Shown here: piece by piece, positions 9,209-18,900 of the stretch | Position numbering within the stretch: position 1 is the stretch's first letter | Layout of the letters: each line of letters starts with the position of its first letter | From: Barthelona sp. PAP020 | Lineage: Eukaryota | Length of the DNA: 42,567 bases | Direction of reading: 5' to 3' | NCBI GenBank assembly: GCA_040182905.1 | Contig: JARQWU010000064.1 | Coordinates: 1-42,567, forward strand | Position numbers and translations under genes: made by a program | The notes under the pieces: generated by a model | Told to the model about the DNA's origin: nothing | Seen by the model: the letters and a program-made list of their open reading frames with translations, nothing else | Database searches by the model: none

Positions 9209-11627
9209 TTATAATTCATCCCTTGCGATTTCTTCAGGAACAACATCTTCATTGTCCAAAGTGAAATATTTTTCATCAAGTTCAGGTTCAGTTTCATTAA
9301 TTTCAACTTCTTCAAATTCAATATCTTCACCTTCTTCTTCAACAGCAGCAGCAGCTTCGGCTTCAGCTTCAGCTTCTTTTTTGGCTTTGCGTTCAGCGAA
9401 ACGTTCTTTCATTTCATCAAAGGATGGTGCTTCTTCATCAGAAACGCCAAGTCCCATGGTCATCATACGATAGATACGCTTAGCAAGGACATGATGGTCT
9501 TCAACATCATAACCTGATGTTAAAAGAGCTGTGTCATATAACAAATGAGCAGCATCTTCACATTCTCCTAATAAAAGTTTTTCTTCTTCAGAATCAACCT
9601 TTTCAGGAAGTCTAATAACCTTCTTAGCCAAAGCAGAAACAATAGGATGATTGGCATTGATCACCAATTCTCTTTCAGGTTTCCAATCAGCTGAAAAAGT
9701 GGGATCGAGTTGACGTTGTTGTTGAATAAGTCTTTCCATGTTAGCAGAAGCTGCACGTTCTCCATGAATTAACATAGAAGGAGCAGATAACATAGAATCA
9801 GAATATTTAACCTTTGTGACCTCTTTTGGAGTGTACTTCTTAATGAAAGCAGCCAATTTTTCCAAATCTTCACTTTCTATTTCATTTTCTAAAGAGGCTT
9901 TGGAAGAAGAGGCAGGAACAATCTTCTTATCTTCAAAAGTACCCATATTTTGAAGGGCTGGCTCATCCAAAGGATCAGTGAAGAAAATTACTTCAAATCC
10001 TCTGGCAACCAAAGATTCAACAAATGGCAATTTACGAGCTTTTTCAACACTCTCAGCAACTGCATAATAAATATCATCTTGATCTTCAGGCATTCTCTTA
10101 ACGTAATCAGTTAGAGTAGAAATAACAGGATGTTCAGTCTCAGATTCTTCATCAATGGTGTAAGAGGTCTCAAAAATCAAAAGTCTGGACAATTTTTCAC
10201 GAGATTTGGAATCTTCAATCATTCCAATCTTTAAAAATTTGCCAAAAGTATCATAAAACTCATAGTATTCTTCAAGATTGTTCTTTTGTAATTTTTTAAA
10301 CATATCTAAGGCCTTTTGAACGAGTTTTCTCATGATAGTTTTGAGTGCACGAGATTTTTGTAAAGTTTCACGAGATACATTCAAAGGAAGATCATCAGAA
10401 TCAACAACACCTCTTAAGAAGTTCAACCATCTGGGTAATAACTCAGTATTTTCATCAGAAATCAAAACACGTTTTACATACAATTTTAATCTAGTTTTAT
10501 CAAATTGATCAACCAAATTGGTGGTATGATGACGAGGAATATACAAAATAGATCTGAAATCATAATCTCCTTCCACTTTAAAATGAATATGAGAAATAGG
10601 CTCATCATCAGTTCCAGTCAATGATTGGTAGAACTTTACGTAGTCATCATCAGATACCTTTTTAGGATTTCTAACCCAAATAGCAGGTTGCTCATTAATG
10701 TGTTTCCATGTTTGAACCATTTTCTTTTCAGTTTTTGGTTCAGTATCCTTTTTATCTTCAAGAAGTTCTTCTTCTTCTTCTTCATCAAGTTCAACATTTT
10801 CTTCAACTTCTACTTCAGCTTCTTCAATAGGAACTTCAATTTCTTCTTCAGTAAGAACATAGATAGGGAATTGAATGAATTCAGAATAGTGGGTTGCAAG
10901 ACCGATAAGCTTCTCCTCAGAAAGGAATTCATCAGAGTCTTCACGAATATGAAGAACAACACGTGTACCACGTCCAAGTGGTTCAGAATCATCCTTAGCA
11001 ATTGTAAATGTGTTTTCAGAAGTGGATTGCCAGTGATATTGATCATCATCATTACTCTTAGAATACACGTCAACAAGATCAGCAACAAGGAAAACAGAAT
11101 AAAAACCAACACCAAATTGACCAATGGCAGAAAGATCTCCCTTTTCTTCAACTTGATCAAGGAAAGCTTGAGTTCCAGATCTGGCAATGGTACCTAAGTT
11201 TTTAATCAATTCTTCCTTAGTCATACCAACACCAGTATCACGAAGTTCAATTGTACGATCTTCTTTGTTAATCTTAATTCTCATTTCAAATTCAGGAGTT
11301 TCACCAAGACAATTCTTGTCAGTTAAAGACATAAAACGAATTCTATCTAAGGCATCAGCTCCATTAGAAATAATTTCACGAAGGAAAATATCTTTCTTTG
11401 AATACAATGATCTGACAATAAGTTCCATCAAACGAGAAACTTCAGTTTCAAATTGCATTGTTTCACCTGTTAAATATTCTTTTTGTTGAGTTTCAACTTC
11501 AACAGTTTCCTCTGCTTCAGTTTCACAAAATACCAAAGATGTACCTAAAAATTAGTACTTTTGCAAATTTTCATTGATTACATATTAATGTTATCAATAC
11601 AACACACAAAATTTTTGATTGTGTCAT
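9209..11627 (-). CDS. HSP90B1: ER HSP90 (GRP94/endoplasmin); exon 1 11582-11627, exon 2 9209-11544
   Basis: HSP90 motifs FLREIISN, NLGTIARSGT, IGQFGVGFYS and VVDSDDLPLNVSRE are present, with a C-terminal RDEL. Splicing the 37-nt intron yields the signal peptide MTQSKILCVVLITLICTSLVFC in frame. Confidence 0.95.
11545..11581 (-). other. Spliceosomal intron, 37 nt (GRP94)
   Basis: GTAATCAATGAAAATTTGCAAAAGTACTAATTTTTAG has GT..AG ends and an ACTAAT branch motif. Its removal restores the ATG, the frame and a signal peptide. Confidence 0.88.
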
Positions 11628-11796
11628 ACTTAAAAAAAAAAAAATTGAAAATGGAAATGGACTTGTTCTTCTTTCAGCAATCATCATTTTGTTATTCTCT
11701 CTTTTTCTTTAAAAAATATAAAGTTCCTAATATGTTTTGATTTTGTTTCATTTTTAAAGACAAATCAAATTTTCTTTTCTGTGGTTTATTCTGTTC

Positions 11797-11817
11797 TCTT
11801 TGCATGCCATGCAAAGA
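11797..11817. repeat. Perfect 10-bp inverted repeat with 1-nt spacer
   Basis: TCTTTGCATG-C-CATGCAAAGA, in the intergenic region between the divergent GRP94 and 12045 genes. Confidence 0.8.
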
Positions 11818-12044
11818 AATTTTAAGTGTTATTCATTCTTATTGATATTTTACAGCAAAATATGGATATCCTCCATTTTTGCCTTGAGCAAGTTTTCACT
11901 TTTGACATGAAGAAAGGCATTTCTATCAGTTCAATAAAAGAGTGATTCTAATGACAAAAATATACAAATTATGGTCCATATTAGTAATATAAACTTTTCA
12001 CCCGTTTTGCTAAGGTCAGTACCATTTCATTTATCATGTAAAGT

Positions 12045-12929
12045 ATGTTCCTTAGTGTAATTATTAAGTATTTAATAATTCTACCGATAATATCCATCAT
12101 TCTATATGTAATTACTTGGGTATCTTTTGAGCATTTATCTTTTGGAGATATTTTTCATGAATTTATGTTAGAATTATGTTTTTTGCCGATACATGCATTA
12201 ATAATTACTGTATTAATTGAAAACTTAATTGAAACACAACATAAAAAGGAATTAGAAAACACAAATAGCGTTGTGAGCACGGTTCTATTTGATGTAATAG
12301 GACAGTCTTTGATAAAAAGATTAAAAGAATGTGATCCATCCAATAATCAATTAAAAAGAATGATACGACAAGATTTATCAATAATGAACAAATTAAACAA
12401 ACACACAATCATGAAAAAATATGACCATCAGAGAATGTTAATATTGACAGATGAAGTATTAGAAGAAACAAAACACGTGTTTGAAAGGCACAGAAACTTC
12501 GTCACTTCAATGATTTTAAATCCACTAATTCTGTCTGATTCTGTAATGGCTGATTTGACAATAACATTGAGTCATGTGCAACAAGAGTTATTGAATAGAA
12601 AAGCACCTTCCATTTCTCAAGGCTCAAGGTGGGAGCAAGAACACCTTCAGATTATGATGGAAGGACTATATCGAGATTTAATTGTCACTTTTGTGATGCA
12701 AATGCTAAATTTGAGTAAAAATTATCCAAATCAATTCAGTTTGATGGTTAGAATGAATCCTTTTGAGAACACAGAACAATTAATCATTGAAGCAGAGACT
12801 TATAAGCTAACACATCAAAGACAACAAAGTTCAAAACTATTATTACCACCATTATCTAATACTCCTGCACCAGAAATAAATGAGGAAAATAAAATAACAA
12901 AACCCTTGTATGTGATGCCAAATGTGTAA
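12045..12929 (+). CDS. Two-TM membrane protein resembling a conserved hypothetical family of anaerobic bacteria/methanogens
   Basis: Two N-terminal hydrophobic helices and the motifs FLPI..LI.T++I..L, NP.+L.....L...+.H+..EL..R and YP..FSL..R.NPF. Intronless. Confidence 0.75.
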   Translation: MFLSVIIKYLIILPIISIILYVITWVSFEHLSFGDIFHEFMLELCFLPIHALIITVLIENLIETQHKKELENTNSVVSTVLFDVIGQSLIKRLKECDPSNNQLKRMIRQDLSIMNKLNKHTIMKKYDHQRMLILTDEVLEETKHVFERHRNFVTSMILNPLILSDSVMADLTITLSHVQQELLNRKAPSISQGSRWEQEHLQIMMEGLYRDLIVTFVMQMLNLSKNYPNQFSLMVRMNPFENTEQLIIEAETYKLTHQRQQSSKLLLPPLSNTPAPEINEENKITKPLYVMPNV

Positions 12930-12953
12930 ATTTGTGAAAATTTCATAAAACAA

Positions 12954-13130
12954 TCAAACAACCATCGAATTAATGTCAGAAAATAAAGAAGTAGACTCAG
13001 TTATAGCCAAAATTGAGGAAGCAAGAGGTGCAACTTTTGAAGGATCAACTTCAATCATTGATGTGTCACAAAATTCGTCATATAAAGTAATAAAATTAGA
13101 AATTTGAGTTTTTTCTGTAATATTATTCAT
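12954..13130 (-). CDS. Small hypothetical protein (58 aa)
   Basis: ATG at 13130 with the local ttttaag start context. The protein-like sequence MNNITEKTQISNFITLYDEFCD... fills the gap between two genes. Confidence 0.4.
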   Translation of the reverse strand: MNNITEKTQISNFITLYDEFCDTSMIEVDPSKVAPLASSILAITESTSLFSDINSMVV

Positions 13131-13264
13131 CTTAAAACAAGAAAAGGAAAAGTGTAAAAATTTTTTTATTAAAAATTTGACAACCATCAAAAAAAAAAAG
13201 GAAAATTTAAAAAAGATTTATACAGACATTTCAATAGAATTCAACAATTAATCAATGTAAAAAT

Positions 13265-14407
13265 TCATAAATTCTGGTTGAAATTTTCGTATTGTTGGAC
13301 CAATTGAGATAACTTAAATCTACTAATCAAATAGTTTTGAACTTTATTACCTTCGATTGCTTCCAAAAGAATTTTTTGTACTAACTTCAAGGAATTATCC
13401 TTTTTTTGATCTTTGTGTGCAAAAAAAGATCTAATAATAACAGCATTATCAAGATGCCATCTTACAGCAACCAAACTGTTTTCAACAATAATTGTGGTAT
13501 TTAAATTACGATTGCAGACTCGAATATCTTTAAGGTAAGTGTAGTTATCAATTTGATTGCAATGTTCACGATATAAACGATGTTGAATGAATCTGCGATC
13601 TGGATCAATACGATCAATCACTATATCAGCGTATTCTTGCATTCCTGCTGTAAAAACAATAATTTCAAATATTTTGGACAGATCTTTTAAAAAACAGGTT
13701 AATCCTGGTCTCAAAATGCATCTCATCGGCCATCCAGACACTCTAAAATCAAAGTAATCAAAACCAGAAAAATCTGTGGTTTCAACTTGTCCAATATCAG
13801 ACATGTCAATAGAATGTACCAATGTTTCATCTAAATCCAAAACAAGGGTTGATTTTGGCATAAATTGACTACGATTTGGGATATATTTTGGAAAATGCGA
13901 GGGTAAAGGCGTACGAATATCAGCAGTTTGAGTGAACATCTTATCTTCCACATCTTGCCTTTTTTGTATACTATAAAGCATAATTTCTTTGTCATTACTC
14001 TCAACAGAACCAACAGTTTTTGCTTCTTGTTGGCTTTCAGATATGTAAGCGTCAAGGTTTTGATCAACATTTTTACTGTTGTTAATATCAAAGAAAAGCT
14101 TTAATGGTCGTTGTTTTCGATTTAAATGACTATGTCTACCATAAGGTTCAGGAGCTTTGAACGAATTCGCTTTTGAAGTTTGAGTTTTTTTGGCATTTTC
14201 CTCACGTTTTTTTCTAAAACGTTGTTCAATATTATTTAAAGGTGATTTTATCACTTCTTCATTGGTAAAATAAGATTTAAGATTATTGTTTCGCAACTTA
14301 TTAACATTTCCAATTCTTGTTTGTCTTTTGTTTGTTTTTTTGGAAGATTTTCTTATTATTTTAGATATTCCAGGGTCCAAATTTGGTTCTATCGTACCAT
14401 GAGTCAT
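13265..14407 (-). CDS. FCP1/SCP (NIF, HAD-superfamily) CTD small phosphatase-like protein
   Basis: Motifs TLVLDLDETLVHS, LRPGL..FL, FEIIVFTAG..EYAD.VID.IDP, RLYREHC and YLKD. Confidence 0.92.
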   Translation of the reverse strand: MTHGTIEPNLDPGISKIIRKSSKKTNKRQTRIGNVNKLRNNNLKSYFTNEEVIKSPLNNIEQRFRKKREENAKKTQTSKANSFKAPEPYGRHSHLNRKQRPLKLFFDINNSKNVDQNLDAYISESQQEAKTVGSVESNDKEIMLYSIQKRQDVEDKMFTQTADIRTPLPSHFPKYIPNRSQFMPKSTLVLDLDETLVHSIDMSDIGQVETTDFSGFDYFDFRVSGWPMRCILRPGLTCFLKDLSKIFEIIVFTAGMQEYADIVIDRIDPDRRFIQHRLYREHCNQIDNYTYLKDIRVCNRNLNTTIIVENSLVAVRWHLDNAVIIRSFFAHKDQKKDNSLKLVQKILLEAIEGNKVQNYLISRFKLSQLVQQYENFNQNL

Positions 14408-14625
14408 GTCATAAAAATAAAAGATTTGAGAAAAAAAATAAATTGTTTTTCATTCACAAGAATTTCTGAACTTGAAATGGTCCTTCAACCATTCTTTCTT
14501 TATTTTATTGTAGTGATGACAAATTTATTTTGATCATTTCATTAATATCCGTTGGTTTGCACCAAAAACAAGTAATAAAGGAAACAAAAAAATATATGTT
14601 TATATAATAAATAGACTACATTAGT

Positions 14626-16194
14626 TTACAAAATATAACAACATTGACCTTCATTATAACCATCTGGATCATCCAAAATACCAGCTAAGGTTGATTTTTT
14701 GCCATTGACAGAAACTGCTTCTTTTGAATGGTTTCTGCGGTCGTTCTTTTCATCAGCTTCAATAATTCCTTTTTGGCCAATTTTTTCCATCCCATTTATT
14801 GGTTTGCCATTGTTTTTTGAAATATTTGTTTGAAAATAGTCTTGTTCTCCTTTTTTAACCAACAAATGAGGTTGTTTAACACGAGAAGGATTATGTCTGC
14901 TGATTGGTTGATTATGTAGGACTTTTGCAGGAACAATAGAATCATTTTCTGCTAAAGCCAATGTAAGATGAATTTTATTTGCTGCTTCGTTTTCTTCGTT
15001 TTCTTTTTTATTGCCATTTGTTTCATTAGTTTCATTGTTCTCCAACTCATCTTCTTCATTATTAACAACAGCATTAGAATTCTTATTTGGCATTCTATTA
15101 TCTAATGAAACTGATAACAAGGTATTAGAACCAGAAACCAATCTATTTTCAACAGATGCTGAAGTGTCAAAGCCACGTCCAAAACCTATGGGCGTTAAAA
15201 CTGCCCAATTAGCAAATCTGTTCTCAGGATTCATTTGTTTTTCAAAAGCAGCCTGTTCAGCATCGCCAGACTCAGATGTGTTCTCATCGCTCACGTTTTG
15301 TGGCTGAGGAATGACCCCAAATTGTGTAGAATTCACAGGTCGACGATATGACAATATAATTGTTGTCAGTAGCTCTCGTAAAAAGGCATAATTTGGTGTA
15401 TCTTCAAAATTTAAGGAAATTAAATGTTCAAGGAATCTCTTAAATCCAATAGGCATCCCTTGAACCAATTTTACATCAAAATACTCTTCTTTTAAAACAC
15501 CTACTTCATTTCTATCAGTCAAACGTCTCCAAGGTAGTGACCTTCCACATAATTCAATCAGTGTATAAAAAAAGGACCATAGGTCATCTCTTCTTGATAA
15601 ATCTTGATCTTGATGAGAAAAAACAGAAGCATATCTTGATGTACCTCTGAAACCTGCCATCTTACGTGCAGGAAAGTGTCCATTTGCATCTCTATATCTC
15701 CTAACCAGCCCAAAATCAATAATATACAAACTTCGAGCAGAATCACCCATTCCAAAACAAAAATTAGAAGGTTTAATATCACGATGCAATAGTCCACGAT
15801 CATGAACACTTCTAATAGCATCTAACATTTGAACACCATATTCAACAGCCTTATGATATTCAAATTGACCATTGGGTTGACGACGACGATGTTGCAATAA
15901 AGACAAACCTAATCTTGATGTAACCATGTAATGCAATGTTGGTGTTTGACCATACGCTATTAACTTAGCAACAAAAGGAGAACCTTTCATAATTTTTAGA
16001 GCTCTGGCTTCAACAGGTAGAACAGATCGTCGATCACATTTAATTTCAAATTTAATTGCAGTAACCTCGTTAGTTTGAATATCACGTGCTGCGTAAATAT
16101 CTCCAAACGCTCCTTGACCTAATCTATTCTGAATTTCATATCTCTTTTCAAATAAATATCCAGGGGCAAAATTTAAGTTGGTTCTTGAAGGCAT
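14626..16194 (-). CDS. CK1-group kinase, tau-tubulin kinase-like, with C-terminal CCYIL
   Basis: Motifs LGQGAFGDIY, AIKFE, HRDIKPSNF, IIDFGL, GFRGTSRYAS, RRDDLWSFFY and LPWR. DDLWS and LPWR are TTBK-type. Confidence 0.9.
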   Translation of the reverse strand: MPSRTNLNFAPGYLFEKRYEIQNRLGQGAFGDIYAARDIQTNEVTAIKFEIKCDRRSVLPVEARALKIMKGSPFVAKLIAYGQTPTLHYMVTSRLGLSLLQHRRRQPNGQFEYHKAVEYGVQMLDAIRSVHDRGLLHRDIKPSNFCFGMGDSARSLYIIDFGLVRRYRDANGHFPARKMAGFRGTSRYASVFSHQDQDLSRRDDLWSFFYTLIELCGRSLPWRRLTDRNEVGVLKEEYFDVKLVQGMPIGFKRFLEHLISLNFEDTPNYAFLRELLTTIILSYRRPVNSTQFGVIPQPQNVSDENTSESGDAEQAAFEKQMNPENRFANWAVLTPIGFGRGFDTSASVENRLVSGSNTLLSVSLDNRMPNKNSNAVVNNEEDELENNETNETNGNKKENEENEAANKIHLTLALAENDSIVPAKVLHNQPISRHNPSRVKQPHLLVKKGEQDYFQTNISKNNGKPINGMEKIGQKGIIEADEKNDRRNHSKEAVSVNGKKSTLAGILDDPDGYNEGQCCYIL

Positions 16195-16825
16195 ATTCTT
16201 GTTATATTAAATTTAAAAAATGATTCCACCTTCGCAAAGTTAAAATTAAATATAAAAAGATGGGGAATCTTTTTTTTTCTTTCTTGCATTTCCTTGTTCC
16301 TTTTTTTAATTTTTGTTTTGTGCTTTGCTTTGCGAATGGTAATATCACTTTTTCTTGTCACTTAAATTTTTTTTTGTTGTTGTTTTTTTAATCTTTATAA
16401 ATGACCTTTTTTTAGTTATTTGCCATTTGAATGAGAATAAAAATTTTTAAGGGAAAAAAGAAATGGCTAAATTGATTTTTAGAAAGCATATTTAAATTTT
16501 TCGTTTTTGGTTTCCACACAACAAAACTTTTGAAATTCCAAATGAAGGAGATTTATTGGTAAAATATGGACTGTTAATTATATTTTGAAAGCAGTCAAAT
16601 GTTTTTGGTTTGTGGTTTCAACTTCATCATCATCATCAAAAAGTCAGCATAAATTTCAATCTCAAGGTTGTTTTCTTTTACAAGCAGAATATTTTTTTTT
16701 ATTGGTATTTTTGAAATCAATTCACATTATTTTCCCTTTTTTTTTGGATTTGAAAATATTTAACAAATTTGAACCCTCAAATTTTGATATAAAAATAAAC
16801 AATACTATTTATGAGGCAATCAAGA

Positions 16826-18085
16826 TTATTGATTAGATTTTTGTAATTCTAATTCATCATCAATTTGCTTACAAAAAGCACATTGAGGAGGAAATTTCAA
16901 TGGCCTAGGTAAACCCATTATCAATTCAACATTTTCCCATTCCACTGGATCCACTTTGCTTTTGATAAGAGATACAATTTCTTGATTTTTCACAGACTTT
17001 TCTTTTTTTGGTAAAGAAGAAAGTTTTGACAAATAGTCTTCAACTGGCAGTCTATTAATATAAGCTGTGAGTGTTGGAAAAGCCAAAGCATACAATTCAT
17101 TGTACGGTAATTTGTAATGATGAATGATATCATCAAATCGAACCGTAATCTTGGACAGTTTCTTTTTATTTCGTTCAGTGTGTTCTTTCTTTTTCTTTTC
17201 TTGAACTTTTTTCTTGTTCCCTAACTTTTGAGAAGATCGAACACGAATTGTTTGATAAATATCAGCAGATCGAGTCGAATATTTTCGGGTGGATTTGGGT
17301 GTTTTCAGTTCATGTCTCAATATATCTGGAGTTTGAGGAATATTGAAAACAAGGTTAGATTCAACATGATTTTGTGGATGAAATCTCCCGTCATTTTTTT
17401 GTGTATTGAAAGAACCAATGGTTCCGGAAATGGTTTGGGCCATTCTTGATATTTCGAACGTTCGACTTTCATTCTTGAAATTAGGAAACTTTCCTTTTAC
17501 TGTGTTCATAAAACGTGTATGTGCTTCAAACGCAACATCAGCTTGCTTCAAAGCTTTCAAACGAAAATTTTCCTTTTTCTCGGTTTTTGCCTCCACTTCT
17601 TCCTCTTCCAATTCCTTTTCATTTTTTTCTATTTCTTGTTCTTCTTGCTCAAAAAAATCATCATCTTTAAATTCCTCCGCCATTTCAGAAAATTCATGTA
17701 TGATATATTCTTTGCGTACAAGAGGTTTCAATTCACCAGGATTGAATCTCCTATTAAATTGATCACTGAAAACAACATTTTCTTTTCTTTTTGTTTTTGC
17801 TTCTCTTTCATCATCTTGTAAATCCAACATTGGTGAAATGTCAGATCCTGATAAAGGTGACGCTGTTCCAGACTCCGAATTATATTCCCCAGCCTGGGAG
17901 ACCAACGAAAACATGTTTTGAAAATATTTTTTTGATATTGTTTCTCTATTTGGATTTTCGTCATATTTTTTTGAAGTTTTGGGTGAATGTTTGGCCAATG
18001 CATCTCGTCTATCAAAAGATTCATTTGTTTCTCGAAGCATGTCATTCATTTCTTCTAAAAGTGACATATCAATGTCTTCTGTCAT
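16826..18085 (-). CDS. Hypothetical protein (419 aa)
   Basis: Long ORF with charged low-complexity regions and a C-terminal CxxC (QCAFCKQ). No family recognised. Confidence 0.7.
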   Translation of the reverse strand: MTEDIDMSLLEEMNDMLRETNESFDRRDALAKHSPKTSKKYDENPNRETISKKYFQNMFSLVSQAGEYNSESGTASPLSGSDISPMLDLQDDEREAKTKRKENVVFSDQFNRRFNPGELKPLVRKEYIIHEFSEMAEEFKDDDFFEQEEQEIEKNEKELEEEEVEAKTEKKENFRLKALKQADVAFEAHTRFMNTVKGKFPNFKNESRTFEISRMAQTISGTIGSFNTQKNDGRFHPQNHVESNLVFNIPQTPDILRHELKTPKSTRKYSTRSADIYQTIRVRSSQKLGNKKKVQEKKKKEHTERNKKKLSKITVRFDDIIHHYKLPYNELYALAFPTLTAYINRLPVEDYLSKLSSLPKKEKSVKNQEIVSLIKSKVDPVEWENVELIMGLPRPLKFPPQCAFCKQIDDELELQKSNQ

Positions 18086-18452
18086 TAAATTAGCAACAAA
18101 TTCTCGATTGAATCACAATACAAATCAATTATACAGGGTCAGATACATAAAATCTGAAACTGGTTTTTCAACATTTTCCGCCTTTATATTTGTTAATGTT
18201 TGAAATTCAAATAAACCAAATTTGGATGCATTATATTTGTCAAAAATAGTAAGCCTCCAACACTGGAAATTAAAGTTTGTCATTGTAATTTTATTTTGTA
18301 AGAGTTTTTCATTGAAAGACAATGATATGTTCCTGAGGTATTTGGTGTTATTAAACCATTAAAAAAAGATGTGTAAACGAAAAATTATTTATATTCTTAA
18401 AAAAAATTTGAATGTTTTGGGGTATTCTCATGCAAACAACATTTTGGATTTT

Positions 18453-18818
18453 TCACTCCATAATTGGTTCTCTTTTCCTTCTTTTATTTGTATTTTTTGG
18501 AGCTTTTTTATCCAGATTCTCTATTGCTTGTTCACGTAAAGACTTTTTGTTTTTCTTTATTTTTTGAAATTTTTCCTGATCCTCGACCAGTTTTTCAAAA
18601 AATTTTTCTCTTTCTTCAACCTTTTTAAAATGATCTTCGTCTTTCTTTTGTTGATTTGTTGTTATTTCATCAAGTAGTTGAAGCTGGTTTTCTTTTGAAA
18701 ATGTAACTCTTTTGCTCTTTTTTTGAGGCAATTGAATTCTTTTTTGGTTGACTTTTTTTTCATCTTTTGGTTTTTTTAATCCTTTGGGAGGATTTCGTAA
18801 ACGGTCAACAAAAACCAT
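18453..18818 (-). CDS. Small basic coiled-coil protein, possibly Loc1-like 60S biogenesis factor
   Basis: 121 aa, K-rich, with a T-tract before the ATG. KKSKRVTF..ENQLQLLDEI followed by a charged helix loosely resembles Loc1. Confidence 0.55.
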   Translation of the reverse strand: MVFVDRLRNPPKGLKKPKDEKKVNQKRIQLPQKKSKRVTFSKENQLQLLDEITTNQQKKDEDHFKKVEEREKFFEKLVEDQEKFQKIKKNKKSLREQAIENLDKKAPKNTNKRRKREPIME

Positions 18819-18900
18819 TGTGTTTAAAAAAAAAAAAGAAAATTATAAAAGAAATTTTTTTTATTTGTTAGATAATTTACGAAATCCGATAAAAACTGTA

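Noticed and set aside
8185..11489. Antisense and alternate-frame ORFs over the coiled-coil gene and GRP94, and similar ones over UBA1, the Clu protein, AQR and the kinase
   Set aside because: These are shadow ORFs caused by codon bias (F/S/L-rich or poly-K), mostly with non-ATG starts.
16560..16836. ORF 16585-16836 and the (GAT)4 stretch as a gene or C/D snoRNA
   Set aside because: Non-ATG start, low complexity, and no properly placed D box or stem.
18125..18360. Minus-strand 65-aa ORF with an LRR-like LRNISLSFN fragment
   Set aside because: There is no usable ATG for that segment and only a single motif, which is insufficient support.
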